Positions 18,265 through 28,926 of a stretch of DNA of 64,000 bases are shown here, one piece after another. This stretch comes from Candidatus Woykebacteria bacterium. GTDB lineage: Bacteria > Patescibacteriota > Microgenomatia > Woykebacterales > RBG-16-39-9b. Within the stretch, counting starts at the first letter, position 1; every line of letters begins with the position of its first letter. Location: the NCBI GenBank assembly GCA_040876345.1, contig JBBDPM010000006.1, positions 392,547 through 456,546 of the forward strand, in the 5' to 3' direction. A program made the position numbers and the translations under genes. The notes under the pieces were generated by a model. The model worked only from the letters and a program-made list of their open reading frames with translations. It was not told where the DNA came from and did no database searches.

Positions 18265-20277
18265 CTATAGGTTGTCCAGAAATTTTTTGACAACGAGAAA
18301 CCCTAAGGTTAAAAACGTGATTGCTGAAACTAGATAAAGAAAATTTAACCAAACCGGTTTTTTGAACTCCAAATCCACTTCTCCCTTTGCAAAAACTAGC
18401 ATTAGATTTGGGGCGGCGCGGTAAATTTGAACGTTTTGACCATCCTTAGTGGCAGACCACCAGGGAAAGTAGGAAACCTTTACTAGGACTGGTTGGGGAG
18501 CCTCTGAGGCTATATTTATCTTCATCTTAGTCCAGTCCCTGTTGTGCTCAACAATTCCAACCTGCGTCTTTAGATCAAACTTATTTGTATCTAAATTATC
18601 AATATCTGTGCCCGGCTCTGATTTAAACGGAAGTGTAGACCATTCCCCCTCTTGGTCCCACCACTCTTCTACTTTTTTGTCAAAATCTCTACCTGCCGGT
18701 ATTGGGGCGAGGTCGACTACTTCGGCTAATACTCCTTCGCCAACCGTTTCTGTATTATAAATCTTTGACCTGTCCCCAACTTGCCAACTGCCAACTATTT
18801 CTCCTTTTTCCTCGCCCAAATTTAATACATATTTAATTCCAAATAAATCCACCGCTTTTTTTACATTTTTTTCAGAGATAAATTTTGTTTCAATATATTT
18901 TCCCTCCCCTTCTGGGTAAGCCTCAGGGCGAAGTGAGCGGATCAAACTTCCTAAATATGGGCCATTTGGCGTGGCGTCTGTGAAAAGTCCATAAGCCCAT
19001 GGGTTATTTTCTGGATTCTGCATCGCTAGCTTCGTCTGGGCTGTATAGATAAGTGGTTCACTCTCAGTTCTTCGAGATGATTCGATAAACCTACCATCTA
19101 ATTTTGTGTCCTCGACTGTAAACTTCGACCCAGTTACAACTGGACTTCGGAAGATTAGGTAAGCTAGCAGAACTAAAAATAAACCCAAGCTTCCAAACCT
19201 AAATAATCTGGTGCTTCTTAATAAACCAAAATCCGACATCAAAGATCCTAACCCCAAAATCAAGGCGAGATAGGCATAAGGCTGGAATCGGTAAAAGTGC
19301 AGTGAATAAAGGGTGTCGGAGACTGGTGTTCGAATGTTATTCGTGATCAACCAACTATCAAGCGCAGCGACTAATGTGATGACCACTGCAAAAGTTGAAA
19401 GTGCGCCGGCTTCAGTCAATCGACTCCTCAAACTATAGAAAAGGAGGCCCGCTGCAACTGCAGCCAAAACAATATTCAATGTGAAATAAGAAGGAACGTG
19501 GGCGGAAACTGAGGTAAAAGAAAAATTTGCCCAAAAAGGAACCCAGAAAAAAGCGGTGATTGCCGATGCCAAGGTCAGCAACCAAATAAACGGGATAACT
19601 TTAAGTTCTCCGCGGCGCCAAAGGAAAAAAGCGTAGATAAATAAGTAAATCTCCGCCGAAGCCACGGCAACGATGTGCGTCAAAATCAGGGATGCGTGGA
19701 CGAGCGCCAAAAGTAAGATTTTTCCCTGCTTAAGGTCTCTATGAAGCAATCCGATAAAAATAAAAAGTAAAACTGTTGAAACAAAATTTGGAATAAGCCC
19801 TATCTGAAACAAACCCCGGAATCCAATCCCGAGAAAATTTGGTAAGACTGCCAAAAAAATCATAATTAATAAGGTAGTCGGGATGTGATATTTAGTATCG
19901 GGGATAGTATTTTTGGCCACAAAATAGGCAGCAAACGGAAGTGATAGAATTACCAGTGAAATAATTATTTTAATTGAGGTTTCGATATCTGCTAAAAATG
20001 ACAATGTGGCAGCTACCCAATGGAATAAAGGAGGATAGAAAATACCTTGCGGAAAACCTGCGAGGAAGAAGGGATTCCAACCCATGAAGCTCGGCCAGAG
20101 ATAGTTTTTTATGTACCAAACAAGACTTACGTGACCAGGAGCGTCATAAATTTCCAGGCTATTATTTTCCCAAAAAGATACCACCAGCAAACCCAAAAAC
20201 ACGAGTGATAAACCAACCAATATTCTTTGTTCTTTAAAGTAATTTATTGTATTTTGGACTATATTATTACCTATCAT
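18265..20277 (-). CDS. large polytopic membrane protein (GT-C-like glycosyltransferase candidate)
   Basis: 670 aa, >10 predicted TM helices then ~280-aa soluble C-terminal domain; next to femAB. Confidence 0.45.
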   Translation of the reverse strand: MIGNNIVQNTINYFKEQRILVGLSLVFLGLLVVSFWENNSLEIYDAPGHVSLVWYIKNYLWPSFMGWNPFFLAGFPQGIFYPPLFHWVAATLSFLADIETSIKIIISLVILSLPFAAYFVAKNTIPDTKYHIPTTLLIMIFLAVLPNFLGIGFRGLFQIGLIPNFVSTVLLFIFIGLLHRDLKQGKILLLALVHASLILTHIVAVASAEIYLFIYAFFLWRRGELKVIPFIWLLTLASAITAFFWVPFWANFSFTSVSAHVPSYFTLNIVLAAVAAGLLFYSLRSRLTEAGALSTFAVVITLVAALDSWLITNNIRTPVSDTLYSLHFYRFQPYAYLALILGLGSLMSDFGLLRSTRLFRFGSLGLFLVLLAYLIFRSPVVTGSKFTVEDTKLDGRFIESSRRTESEPLIYTAQTKLAMQNPENNPWAYGLFTDATPNGPYLGSLIRSLRPEAYPEGEGKYIETKFISEKNVKKAVDLFGIKYVLNLGEEKGEIVGSWQVGDRSKIYNTETVGEGVLAEVVDLAPIPAGRDFDKKVEEWWDQEGEWSTLPFKSEPGTDIDNLDTNKFDLKTQVGIVEHNRDWTKMKINIASEAPQPVLVKVSYFPWWSATKDGQNVQIYRAAPNLMLVFAKGEVDLEFKKPVWLNFLYLVSAITFLTLGFLVVKKFLDNL

Positions 20278-21302
20278 GATAATCTCAGTATTTTCCTAAC
20301 AGGCTTTCGAATATTCTCAATAAATTTCGCAAATAAATACTTATTTGAGGTTGGAAGATCAAAAACTGGGCTGTAACAAATTCTTTCCCCACCAAAACTC
20401 ATTTTGAATGAAGTGACTCCGGACCAAGGGTGATTTTCACCTGCGTTTTCTGGAGCAACTCCCCAAAAGTCGAAATATTTAAAGCCTCTTTTTTTACCTT
20501 CCAACATGACTTTCCAAACTAAAAGGTAGGGTGCACGTAATTTAGGCTGAGTCCTTGATGAAGCCGCGTGCAAATAAGTAGCGGTATCGCCATAAAACAC
20601 TACCAAAGCTGCAGCCAGAGGTTGTCCATTGTATTCGGCCACCAAAACCTTCATAATCCCCTTCTCGCTTAGAATTTCGTATTGTTTTCTGTAATATCCA
20701 GGTTTAATATCAACTGTAAATTGGTGGCGAGATGCTGTTTCTTTTAAGAGTTTTTCGAAAATACCTATGTCTTCTGAATTTCCAATCCTTACCTTTACCC
20801 CTTTCCTTTCCACCATTCCCACGTTATAGCGAGTAGAATCGCTCATTGCGGAAAGTAACTCTTCTTCACTTTTGGAAAGATTCATTATGCTTGTGCACTC
20901 TGGCTGAGTAAAGAATCGGCTTTGCCTAAATCCCCCTCTTTCAAGAATCTCCGCTTCCGACCCCCCAATAACCCGCGGCTCAAGTCTGACAAAATCTAGA
21001 TTATCTTCTTTCGCAATCTTGGCTAACTTGTTGAGAAGAGGCTCAACTTTTTGCTTTTCCCAATCCTTAATTAGCGGTCCCCAAGGAACATAAAGAAATG
21101 AGGCAAATTTAGCTTTAACCTTCTGAGCGGAGACTACGCCGACTAGTTTTTCTGAATCAAAAACCCCGAATCGATACACTTTGTTTTCAATTTGTTTTTG
21201 AAACTGGCCCCAAGCGAAACTTTGTAAAAAAGGGGTGTGCGGAAAATCTCCGAGAAAATATTCTAAGTCTTCTTTATCTATTTCTTTGCAGGATAAGCTC
21301 AT
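20274..21302 (-). CDS. FemAB-family peptidoglycan interpeptide-bridge aminoacyltransferase
   Basis: 342 aa; FLQSFAWGQF and ATYLHAASS motifs typical of FemX/FemAB. Confidence 0.75.
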   Translation of the reverse strand: MSLSCKEIDKEDLEYFLGDFPHTPFLQSFAWGQFQKQIENKVYRFGVFDSEKLVGVVSAQKVKAKFASFLYVPWGPLIKDWEKQKVEPLLNKLAKIAKEDNLDFVRLEPRVIGGSEAEILERGGFRQSRFFTQPECTSIMNLSKSEEELLSAMSDSTRYNVGMVERKGVKVRIGNSEDIGIFEKLLKETASRHQFTVDIKPGYYRKQYEILSEKGIMKVLVAEYNGQPLAAALVVFYGDTATYLHAASSRTQPKLRAPYLLVWKVMLEGKKRGFKYFDFWGVAPENAGENHPWSGVTSFKMSFGGERICYSPVFDLPTSNKYLFAKFIENIRKPVRKILRLS

Positions 21303-21429
21303 TGACTCGTTCTAAATTAACCTAAGTACTGCCAAAAATCAACTTAAGATTATTAATTAGTTGCAATTTAATTGATTGTTGTGGTAAATTACGCCTACTA
21401 AAATCAAGTGTAGCTGTCCCGGAAGGTCT

Positions 21430-22101
21430 TTGGCAATGAATAAACTTGCCTCCATCTTTAATAGATATGGGGCCCTTTTGAAGGCTAAGAAAGGGAGGAT
21501 ACTTTTCGGCGTTGACGACCCACCCACAAAAATATACCTGGTAAAAGAAGGTGCTATAAAGATCTACCGCTACACTGAAGACGGCAAAGAAGTCATGCTC
21601 CACATCCACGGTCAAGGAGAGCTAATTACCATCAGTCCCCTATTTAAAGACATGGACCACGTAGTTTACGCCGAAAGTTTAATCGACACCGACCTTCTTT
21701 GGATTCCTATCTCCCAATTCAAGGAACTTATCAAGGAAGATGCTGCTACTCTTCTTGAAATCGGTCGATCCTTATCTGACAACTGGGACGAGGTGGAGGA
21801 AAGAATAGAGGCTTTTGTCACTCACGATTCTCTTGGTCGGCTGGCGTACATCATCTCCCAGCTTGCTAAAAAACATGGCACGAAAAAATCAAGTAAAACT
21901 ACGATTCCCTTTCCCCTAACTCATCAAGAGCTAGCCAATCTTACCGGGATGTTTCGCGAAACTATTAGTATTTCAATTCAAGAATTAAAAAAGGCCGGGA
22001 TTATCTCTATCGAGAAACATTATATTTTGGTGGAGGACTCAGAAAGACTCGAAGAATGTGCAAGAAGCGGAAAACAGGCTATGCCCAAAAAAACCCCGTG
22101 A
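21430..22101 (+). CDS. Crp/Fnr-family transcriptional regulator
   Basis: cNMP-binding beta-roll N-domain, C-terminal HTH RETISISIQELKKAGII. Confidence 0.8.
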   Translation: MAMNKLASIFNRYGALLKAKKGRILFGVDDPPTKIYLVKEGAIKIYRYTEDGKEVMLHIHGQGELITISPLFKDMDHVVYAESLIDTDLLWIPISQFKELIKEDAATLLEIGRSLSDNWDEVEERIEAFVTHDSLGRLAYIISQLAKKHGTKKSSKTTIPFPLTHQELANLTGMFRETISISIQELKKAGIISIEKHYILVEDSERLEECARSGKQAMPKKTP

Positions 22102-22635
22102 CACTTTTGTTACAAATGTAATCCAAATTACAATTCCTTAGTAATTCAAATCACTAATTTATAGTAAGGGCCCTTACGGATAACTGCTCTCTCACCGCTT
22201 AATATAGATCTTGATGGTTCTCCAACCCCTAGGGGGGTTGGAGGTAGGTAGAAGAGGATTAGTGAGTCGCTTCGGCGGGAGTGGGATCACGAGCTACCAA
22301 GGGCCCGAACAAGAGCAGCACACTCAGAGAGAGCCCAAAGGATCACAGCCGTGGAGGTGACAAGCCAACACACTCCGTCAGAGACACACTATATCCTCTT
22401 CAACTAGAGAGAACGATCAATCGGGGAAGGAGACCCAACGCATGTCGTATACACATGCGATCGAGGCTGGACCTTGCAAATTCGCCTCGAAATAAGCGGT
22501 CGTACCATACTAGGAACTCGCGCACAACACAATGCGCTAGGCCCATGGATGGAACGACCGCTTCCGCGTTTAAAGGTGCTCACCCTTGTGATAAAGTAAT
22601 GCTAGAGTGAAAAAAAATTCTTCCTTATTTTAATC

Positions 22636-23796
22636 TTGGTGGTGATTGCCTTAGGAGCTGTCTTCCTTTGGTTCAAAGTCGGGAAAGGTTTAGTTCCTGC
22701 ATTTTTCCCACCGAAGGAAAACACTGCCGAACAGCTGGAAAAAGCCGTAGTAAAACAGTCTTCTGGGCAGAAGGTCGATTTCCCCCTAAAAATAGATGGC
22801 AGCTTTGAAATCCGCTTGTTTGCTAAGGATTTAACAGCTGGTGCCAGAGTCCTTGCTTTTGATAAAAACCAAAATCTTTTAGTAAGCTTGCCTGACGGTG
22901 GTAAGGTTATCGCCCTACCAGACAGCAATAGGGACGGCAAAGCCGACAAACAAATCACCATACTGCAGAATTTAAATAGACCCCACGGCCTTGCTTTTTA
23001 TGAAGGATTCCTCTACGTTGCGCAGGAGAATGAAGTCGTCCAGTATAAATATGATCCCGACCAAATTTCAGCTTCAGATCCTAAAAAGATACTAGATTTA
23101 CCCTCCGGTGGTGGGCACTCTTCCAGAACAATAAAGTTTGGTCCTGACGGAAAGCTCTACATAACCGCTGGCTCTTCCTGCAACATCTGTGAAGAAAAAG
23201 ATAACCGCCGCGCTGCGATGATGAGAGCCGATCCTGATGGATCAAACTTCGAAATATTTGCAAAAGGCCTGCGAAACACAGTCTTCTTCACATTTGATGA
23301 GTCTGGCCAAATCTGGGGAAACGATATGGGCAGAGATCTTCTTGGTGATCAATTACCACCAGATGAGCTAAATATAATTCAAAAGGGTGGTGACTATGGC
23401 TGGCCCTATTGCAACGGCAAAAGCGTAGTTGACCCGTTTGGCAAGTCAGAGGAACGTTGCAAAAGTACCATTTCACCCCACTGGAACTACCACGCCCACA
23501 TTGCTCCTTTGGGCATTACTTTTATCAACTCTGGCCAATTCCCAGATGAATGGCAAGGAGACCTTTTAGCCTCCTTTCATGGTTCTTGGAACAGCTCAGT
23601 TCCAGTTGGTTATAAAATAGTTCTTCTTGAGGTTGAAGATGGAAAAGTTGTTGCTGAAAGGGATTTTGTAACTGGATTTATTACCGGCTCGGTTGCAGCT
23701 GGAAGGCCGGTCGACCTTATATTTGGTAGCGGCGGTTCACTTTTTATTTCGGACGATAAATCAAACGCAGTCTATATCCTTCGCAAAAAATCCTAG
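22636..23796 (+). CDS. PQQ-dependent soluble sugar (glucose/sorbosone) dehydrogenase, beta-propeller
   Basis: N-terminal TM/signal, KGGDYGWPYCNGK hallmark motif, 386 aa. Confidence 0.8.
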   Translation: MVVIALGAVFLWFKVGKGLVPAFFPPKENTAEQLEKAVVKQSSGQKVDFPLKIDGSFEIRLFAKDLTAGARVLAFDKNQNLLVSLPDGGKVIALPDSNRDGKADKQITILQNLNRPHGLAFYEGFLYVAQENEVVQYKYDPDQISASDPKKILDLPSGGGHSSRTIKFGPDGKLYITAGSSCNICEEKDNRRAAMMRADPDGSNFEIFAKGLRNTVFFTFDESGQIWGNDMGRDLLGDQLPPDELNIIQKGGDYGWPYCNGKSVVDPFGKSEERCKSTISPHWNYHAHIAPLGITFINSGQFPDEWQGDLLASFHGSWNSSVPVGYKIVLLEVEDGKVVAERDFVTGFITGSVAAGRPVDLIFGSGGSLFISDDKSNAVYILRKKS

Positions 23797-23855
23797 AATA
23801 CACCACTTTGGTAGCTTGACACTTTTTTACCTCAAACTTAAACTAAAGTTAGGCT

Positions 23856-25808
23856 GTGCAATCCCTGCCAAAGGCGTACCACTTTGTATTGTCAATATTT
23901 CTGCGGGAAATTCCCCACGTTGTTGGGTTTTCCGCCGTTTGTGTGATTTTTCTTTCATCTCTTATCTTTCTTGCCCTACCCGCCAAAGCTTCGCTAACCT
24001 CAGAACAAGTTGAACAAAAATTAAATGAACCAATTTATTTAAACTTTAAGTTCCCAATTAAAAGAGCCTCGGTAAAAGTAGAAGTTTTTCCACCAGTAGA
24101 ATTTGATCATTCCTGGTCTGGGCTTCTAGTCAACCAGAATCTTATTATTAAACCAAAAAACCTACTTCAACCGAACCAAACTTATCAAGTGGTAGTGAAG
24201 GATTCAAAAAACCCAATTGGACTCTCGGCAAAATCTTCTTCATTTTCTTTTAAAACCGAGTCTCTACCCAAAATTGTTGGCTCTTACCCGAAACCAGATG
24301 AAGGGCGTATTAAATCCAATCCAATCTTTTCTTTTACCCTGGATAAAAAAGTAGATTACGGGGACTTTGAACTCATATCCAATCCTCCCATTGAAGTTGA
24401 GCAAAAAAGGCTCGGCGAGAAGGTGGAATTTATTCCAAAGGCAAATCTTTTCCAAGGCAAGAAGTATTTTATTGCTCTCTCTTTCAAAGCGGCCGGTATA
24501 GATGTTACTAATCTTTTTGCCGGTGAATATCTAGTTGTTGAACCTTTGAAGATAGTTAAAACTTCCCCAAAACAAAAAGTAACTAACGCCAGCAAAAAAA
24601 GTGTTGTCTCCATAAAATTTAACAAGGAAGTGAAAACCGTCTTTTTGGGCTCGTTTATAAAACTAAATCCGTCTCAAGAAGGGAGTCTTGAATTTGTTAA
24701 TAAAAAGGAAGTGAAGTTCACCCCAAATCCTCAATTCTTGACTGATACTGAGTACAAGATCACTGTTGATAAAAATCTTGAGGCGGAAGATGGTGGTATG
24801 TTGGAAGAAGACTTCGTCCTTAAGTTCGAAATCGCTGGTCCTGTACAAGTAGTCGGGGCCACTCCCCAAGGTTGGGGAATACCTTTAATTTCGCCAGTCT
24901 CAGTTACATTTGATCAGGTAGTCGATAAAAAATCTGCCCAAGCAAAGTTCTCTGTTCAACCAAAAGTTGCCGGCACTTTTAGTTGGTCGGGCAATACGAT
25001 GACATTCGTACCGAAAAGGGTTCTAAATCTCTTTAAAAATTATGGCTTTAGCTTAAGTATTGGTGTGAAAGGAAACGGAGGGGAACCAAGCAATAAAGTC
25101 TTCAACTTCAATTTTAGAACCACCCTAGAGCGCTCCAGAACTATTGGCTACTCTATTCAAGGTCGGCCGATAAAAGCTTACTATTTTGGTGTTGGTTCCA
25201 AGAAAATCCTTTTAGTTGGGGCAATGCATGGAAGTGAGGCCAATTCTGGCAATCTACTCACTAGCTGGGTAGCGTACCTAAGAGCCAACCAAAACTCAAT
25301 AGCAGAGGGCCGCACCTTTATAGTTGTGCCTCTTGCAAACCCGGACGGTGTCGCCAAAGAAAACCGCTTTAACGCTCGTGGTGTCGATCTAAATAGAAAC
25401 TGGAATACTCCAACCTGGCAAAAAACTACCTACTGGAACGGTGGTCCAGTTACGAATGGGGGCGGGGCAAAACCATTTTCTGAACCAGAGACAAAAGCTC
25501 TAAGAGACTTAATAAACACCGAGAATCCAAAAATTACTCTCTCTTACCACTCTGCCGCTGGGGTAGTAATCAGCGATGGCGTGTCAAACAGCTTAAGAGA
25601 TTGGTATTCGTCCAAAACAGGCTACACCGCTCTTTTAGGGGCTGCCCAATACGATGAGGTCTTCTCTTACGATGTTACTGGATCACTTGAAGAGTGGCTT
25701 GGCGAGAAAAACAAAATCGTGGTCGTGGTTGAACTGGCCTCCCCTTACTCATCAGAATATCTAAGAAACCTCCCCGCCCTAAAAGGGTTGCTAAATTACC
25801 CTTTATAA
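23856..25808 (+). CDS. secreted M14 zinc carboxypeptidase with N-terminal Ig-like domains
   Basis: signal peptide; GAMHGSEANSG (HxxE), PLANPDGVAKENRFNARGVDLNRNW M14 motifs in C-terminal domain. Confidence 0.75.
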   Translation: MQSLPKAYHFVLSIFLREIPHVVGFSAVCVIFLSSLIFLALPAKASLTSEQVEQKLNEPIYLNFKFPIKRASVKVEVFPPVEFDHSWSGLLVNQNLIIKPKNLLQPNQTYQVVVKDSKNPIGLSAKSSSFSFKTESLPKIVGSYPKPDEGRIKSNPIFSFTLDKKVDYGDFELISNPPIEVEQKRLGEKVEFIPKANLFQGKKYFIALSFKAAGIDVTNLFAGEYLVVEPLKIVKTSPKQKVTNASKKSVVSIKFNKEVKTVFLGSFIKLNPSQEGSLEFVNKKEVKFTPNPQFLTDTEYKITVDKNLEAEDGGMLEEDFVLKFEIAGPVQVVGATPQGWGIPLISPVSVTFDQVVDKKSAQAKFSVQPKVAGTFSWSGNTMTFVPKRVLNLFKNYGFSLSIGVKGNGGEPSNKVFNFNFRTTLERSRTIGYSIQGRPIKAYYFGVGSKKILLVGAMHGSEANSGNLLTSWVAYLRANQNSIAEGRTFIVVPLANPDGVAKENRFNARGVDLNRNWNTPTWQKTTYWNGGPVTNGGGAKPFSEPETKALRDLINTENPKITLSYHSAAGVVISDGVSNSLRDWYSSKTGYTALLGAAQYDEVFSYDVTGSLEEWLGEKNKIVVVVELASPYSSEYLRNLPALKGLLNYPL

Positions 25809-25880
25809 AGCTCGTAACAAAGTTCGCTACTAGTCGGTACTAAAACTCAGTTCTTTTAATTTAAAAGAATAAAAACTACA

Positions 25881-27866
25881 ATGAACTCAATGTATAAGAA
25901 AATTTCGGACTATGGTGTGATCGGTAATTGCCGCACGGCAGCTCTAGTTGCAAGCGACGGCTCAATTGATTGGGCCGCTCTTCCCAATTTTGACTCGCCA
26001 GCCTATTTTTGCTCTATTTTAGACTCTAAAAAAGGCGGTTTTTTCAAAATAGCACCAGAAGGGTTTTATAAATCGGACCAAAGCTATATTTACCACACCA
26101 ACATATTGGAGACTTTATTCTTTAATCAGGAAGGAAGCGTTCTCCTTTCTGATTTCATGCCTCTTTCTAGAGACGAGGAGGAGACAAATAGTATACCCGA
26201 GTTTGGTACCAAATTTGTCCGCCGATTGAAGGCTCTCAAGGGCAGTCATAGAATAAACTTAACTTTAAAAATCACTCCTGACTTTGCGAAAGAAAAGGTT
26301 GAAGTGTTTTTTCAAGAAGGTTTAGGGCTCATCGCCGACAATCGAGAAAATACCCTAGTGCTCTGGACCGAGAGAAAACCCAAAATCGAAGATAGGGTTG
26401 TTTACTTAGATTTTGATTTAAAGGAAGGCGAGACGGCTCTTTTTGCCCTTGGTTTTTTTAGAAAGGGTGGTACAATTCCTGCTTTTGGAGAAAGTGAGTT
26501 CCGAAGTCTTTTTAATAAAACAGCCCGCTTTTGGCGCTGGTGGGCCGGAATCTGTCAATACAAGGGGATGTTTTATGAAGAGGTCATTCGTAGCGCCCTT
26601 GTATTAAAGCTTCTAACTTATAATCCCACCGGTGCGGTTGTGGCTTCCCCGACAACTTCGCTGCCAGAAAAGATTGGTGGATTCCTGAACTGGGACTACC
26701 GTTACACATGGCTTAGAGACGCTTCTCTTATAATGTACTCCCTACTAGCCTTGGGGTATCTGAAAGAGGCGAGTGAATTTATGCGCTGGCTTGAAAACGT
26801 GGCGGTAAAAGAGGAGGAGGGTATAAGGATAATGTACGGCATTAATGGCGAAAGGGAGTTAAAGGAAACAGATCTTGATCACCTAGAAGGCTACCTGGGA
26901 TCAAAACCGGTCCGGATTGGCAACGCTGCCTCAAACCAAAAGCAGTTTGATGTTTTTGGAGAGGCTCTTGCGACCATCAATTTATATGTTCAGTGTGGTG
27001 GCAGTCTTTCTCCAAAAATGAAGAGTTTTGTGAAACGGCTGGTAGAGTATTGCGCTCTCCACTGGAAAGAGGCAGATGCTGGAATTTGGGAAGGCAGAGG
27101 CGATTACAAACATCATACTTATTCTAAATTAATGGCTTGGGTAGGCATGGATCGGGGAATAAGAATTGCTAAAAAGCTTGGAATTGATGCCGATTTTGAT
27201 TATTGGCAGGCTGTACGAGACGAGATAAAAGTTGATCTTCTTGAAAATGGTTTTAATAAAAAGCTAGGCGCTTTTGTTGAAAGTTACGGATCGGATATTA
27301 TCGATGCCAGTAATTTAAACATATCATTGGTTGGGTTTCTGGCACCAGATGATCCAACAATGCTTTCAACTCTAGAAAAAACGATGTCTACTCTTACAAA
27401 AGATTGGTTTGTTTTGCGCACCTCAAATGAAAAAGACGAACTTAAAAATGGGGAGGGTGCTTTTTTCCTCACTACTTTTTGGCTAATTGATAACTTGTCT
27501 CTGCTTGGTAGAGTCAAAGAGGCTAAAATTTGGTTGGAAAAGGTACTCCACTTTGCCACTCCTCTTGGTCTCTACGCTGAGGAGTTTGACCCTTACACCA
27601 AAGAACACCTGGGTAACTTCCCCATGGGGTTCACTCATCTTGGTTTAATCAATTCAGTTTTAACACTAGATCAGGTAGCTAATTACGGTCAGCGAACCAA
27701 GGAAACAATACCAGCCGAGAGGTTAGTAAACACTATTGGTCAAGTTCTTCTAACCGGAGGCAAAAGAACTAGAAAAACAGTTGAAGACGTTCTTGAAATA
27801 GTCTTACCTGGACCAATCAAAGGGACACTCCTGAAGGACTCTCGCCGCAAGACAAAAAACAACTAA
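25881..27866 (+). CDS. glycoside hydrolase family 15 (glucoamylase/trehalase-like)
   Basis: YGVIGNCRTAALV..GSIDW N-domain and WDYRYTWLRDAS catalytic-domain signature; 661 aa. Confidence 0.8.
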   Translation: MNSMYKKISDYGVIGNCRTAALVASDGSIDWAALPNFDSPAYFCSILDSKKGGFFKIAPEGFYKSDQSYIYHTNILETLFFNQEGSVLLSDFMPLSRDEEETNSIPEFGTKFVRRLKALKGSHRINLTLKITPDFAKEKVEVFFQEGLGLIADNRENTLVLWTERKPKIEDRVVYLDFDLKEGETALFALGFFRKGGTIPAFGESEFRSLFNKTARFWRWWAGICQYKGMFYEEVIRSALVLKLLTYNPTGAVVASPTTSLPEKIGGFLNWDYRYTWLRDASLIMYSLLALGYLKEASEFMRWLENVAVKEEEGIRIMYGINGERELKETDLDHLEGYLGSKPVRIGNAASNQKQFDVFGEALATINLYVQCGGSLSPKMKSFVKRLVEYCALHWKEADAGIWEGRGDYKHHTYSKLMAWVGMDRGIRIAKKLGIDADFDYWQAVRDEIKVDLLENGFNKKLGAFVESYGSDIIDASNLNISLVGFLAPDDPTMLSTLEKTMSTLTKDWFVLRTSNEKDELKNGEGAFFLTTFWLIDNLSLLGRVKEAKIWLEKVLHFATPLGLYAEEFDPYTKEHLGNFPMGFTHLGLINSVLTLDQVANYGQRTKETIPAERLVNTIGQVLLTGGKRTRKTVEDVLEIVLPGPIKGTLLKDSRRKTKNN

Positions 27867-27898
27867 ATTCCTGGTCAACTCTAAGAAACTGGGGTGTT

Positions 27899-28168
27899 TT
27901 AGGAAACGTCTAGGTGGGTCTTGTACATGAATGAAGCGTCCCCATTGTACTTCGACAGCGATTTCGTCACTTGTTCAAAAATCTCTCTATAGTCAACTTC
28001 ACTTTTATCCTTAAGCCACTGATTAATGTCTTTAGAGACTTTATCAGCGATGCCCTCGGCCTCTTGATCTTTCATGTGAACATTTAGACACGCCGCGTAG
28101 ACACTAGCGTAGACTTTTCGATCGTCATATTCCTGTTTGTGACCTTTGCGTTTAACTATATGAGCCAT
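27899..28168 (-). CDS. ATP-cone domain protein
   Basis: 89 aa; HIVKRKGHKQEYDDRKVYASVYAAC fits ATP-cone (VIKRdG..E.Fd..KI) pattern. Confidence 0.5.
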   Translation of the reverse strand: MAHIVKRKGHKQEYDDRKVYASVYAACLNVHMKDQEAEGIADKVSKDINQWLKDKSEVDYREIFEQVTKSLSKYNGDASFMYKTHLDVS

Positions 28169-28215
28169 AATTGTTAACCAAAATTACTGGGCCAGCGTTC
28201 TTGCAAACTCTGGCA

Positions 28216-28926
28216 TTAGCCAAAGTTTATAGTCCCGTTAGCAATCAGAATCAAGAGCCAACCAAGCGCGATTAGGAGTAGTCCAATAAATAGTCTCATG
28301 TAACCGCGAGACTCTTGCTTCCATTTCTTTAATGCTTGAAGTTTCACTCCACTTGCTACCAAAACAAGGATGAAAAGAAGTGGCGCTACAAAAATTATAT
28401 TGTAAAGAACTAGCATTAAGAAAGCTGCAAAATTAAAGTTAAGTGAAAGTATTGTAATGATTGCAAGATAAGGTGCGCCCGTACAAGGAAGCTCTACTCC
28501 AGCAACAAAGGCGCCCAGTAGAAGAACCCCCGGGATAGTAGTGTTACGGGCAAACCGATTGATTTTATCAACAAAAGCTAACGGTATGTGAAGCGATAAG
28601 CCCTGGCCGTACCAAAAAAAGTCTTTCACTTCTATAAGACCGGCAACGATGATGAAGGAGCCAACTATTATGGATAAATATTCGGTGACAAAAAGTGGAA
28701 CTGAAGCAAGAAAGTAAATAAGTCCAAGTCCGGCGGTAAGATAAGTGACAAATACTGCAAATACGTATAAGCTTCCAAGGAAAAGCATGCGGCGAACAGT
28801 ACCTCCCCCGGATAGAACCACTGAAACCATTAAAATCAGCACCCCGATAGCGCAGGGATTAATACTATCTATTGCCGCGCTTCCAACGACCACTCCTAAG
28901 GTGGGTAAATGTGCCTCAATTCCCAT
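28216..28926 (-). CDS. ccdA: CcdA/DsbD-family thiol-disulfide transmembrane electron transporter
   Basis: multi-TM; SINPCAIGVL and ELPCTGAPY paired-Cys motifs. Confidence 0.8.
   Translation of the reverse strand: MGIEAHLPTLGVVVGSAAIDSINPCAIGVLILMVSVVLSGGGTVRRMLFLGSLYVFAVFVTYLTAGLGLIYFLASVPLFVTEYLSIIVGSFIIVAGLIEVKDFFWYGQGLSLHIPLAFVDKINRFARNTTIPGVLLLGAFVAGVELPCTGAPYLAIITILSLNFNFAAFLMLVLYNIIFVAPLLFILVLVASGVKLQALKKWKQESRGYMRLFIGLLLIALGWLLILIANGTINFG

Noticed and set aside
22281-22610. 109-aa + strand ORF
   Set aside because: It is basic and low-complexity (R/S/T/P rich), sits in the compositionally odd non-coding region, and has no motif.
22602-22961. 119-aa minus-strand ORF
   Set aside because: It lies entirely within the well-supported + strand PQQ-dehydrogenase gene; antisense frame.
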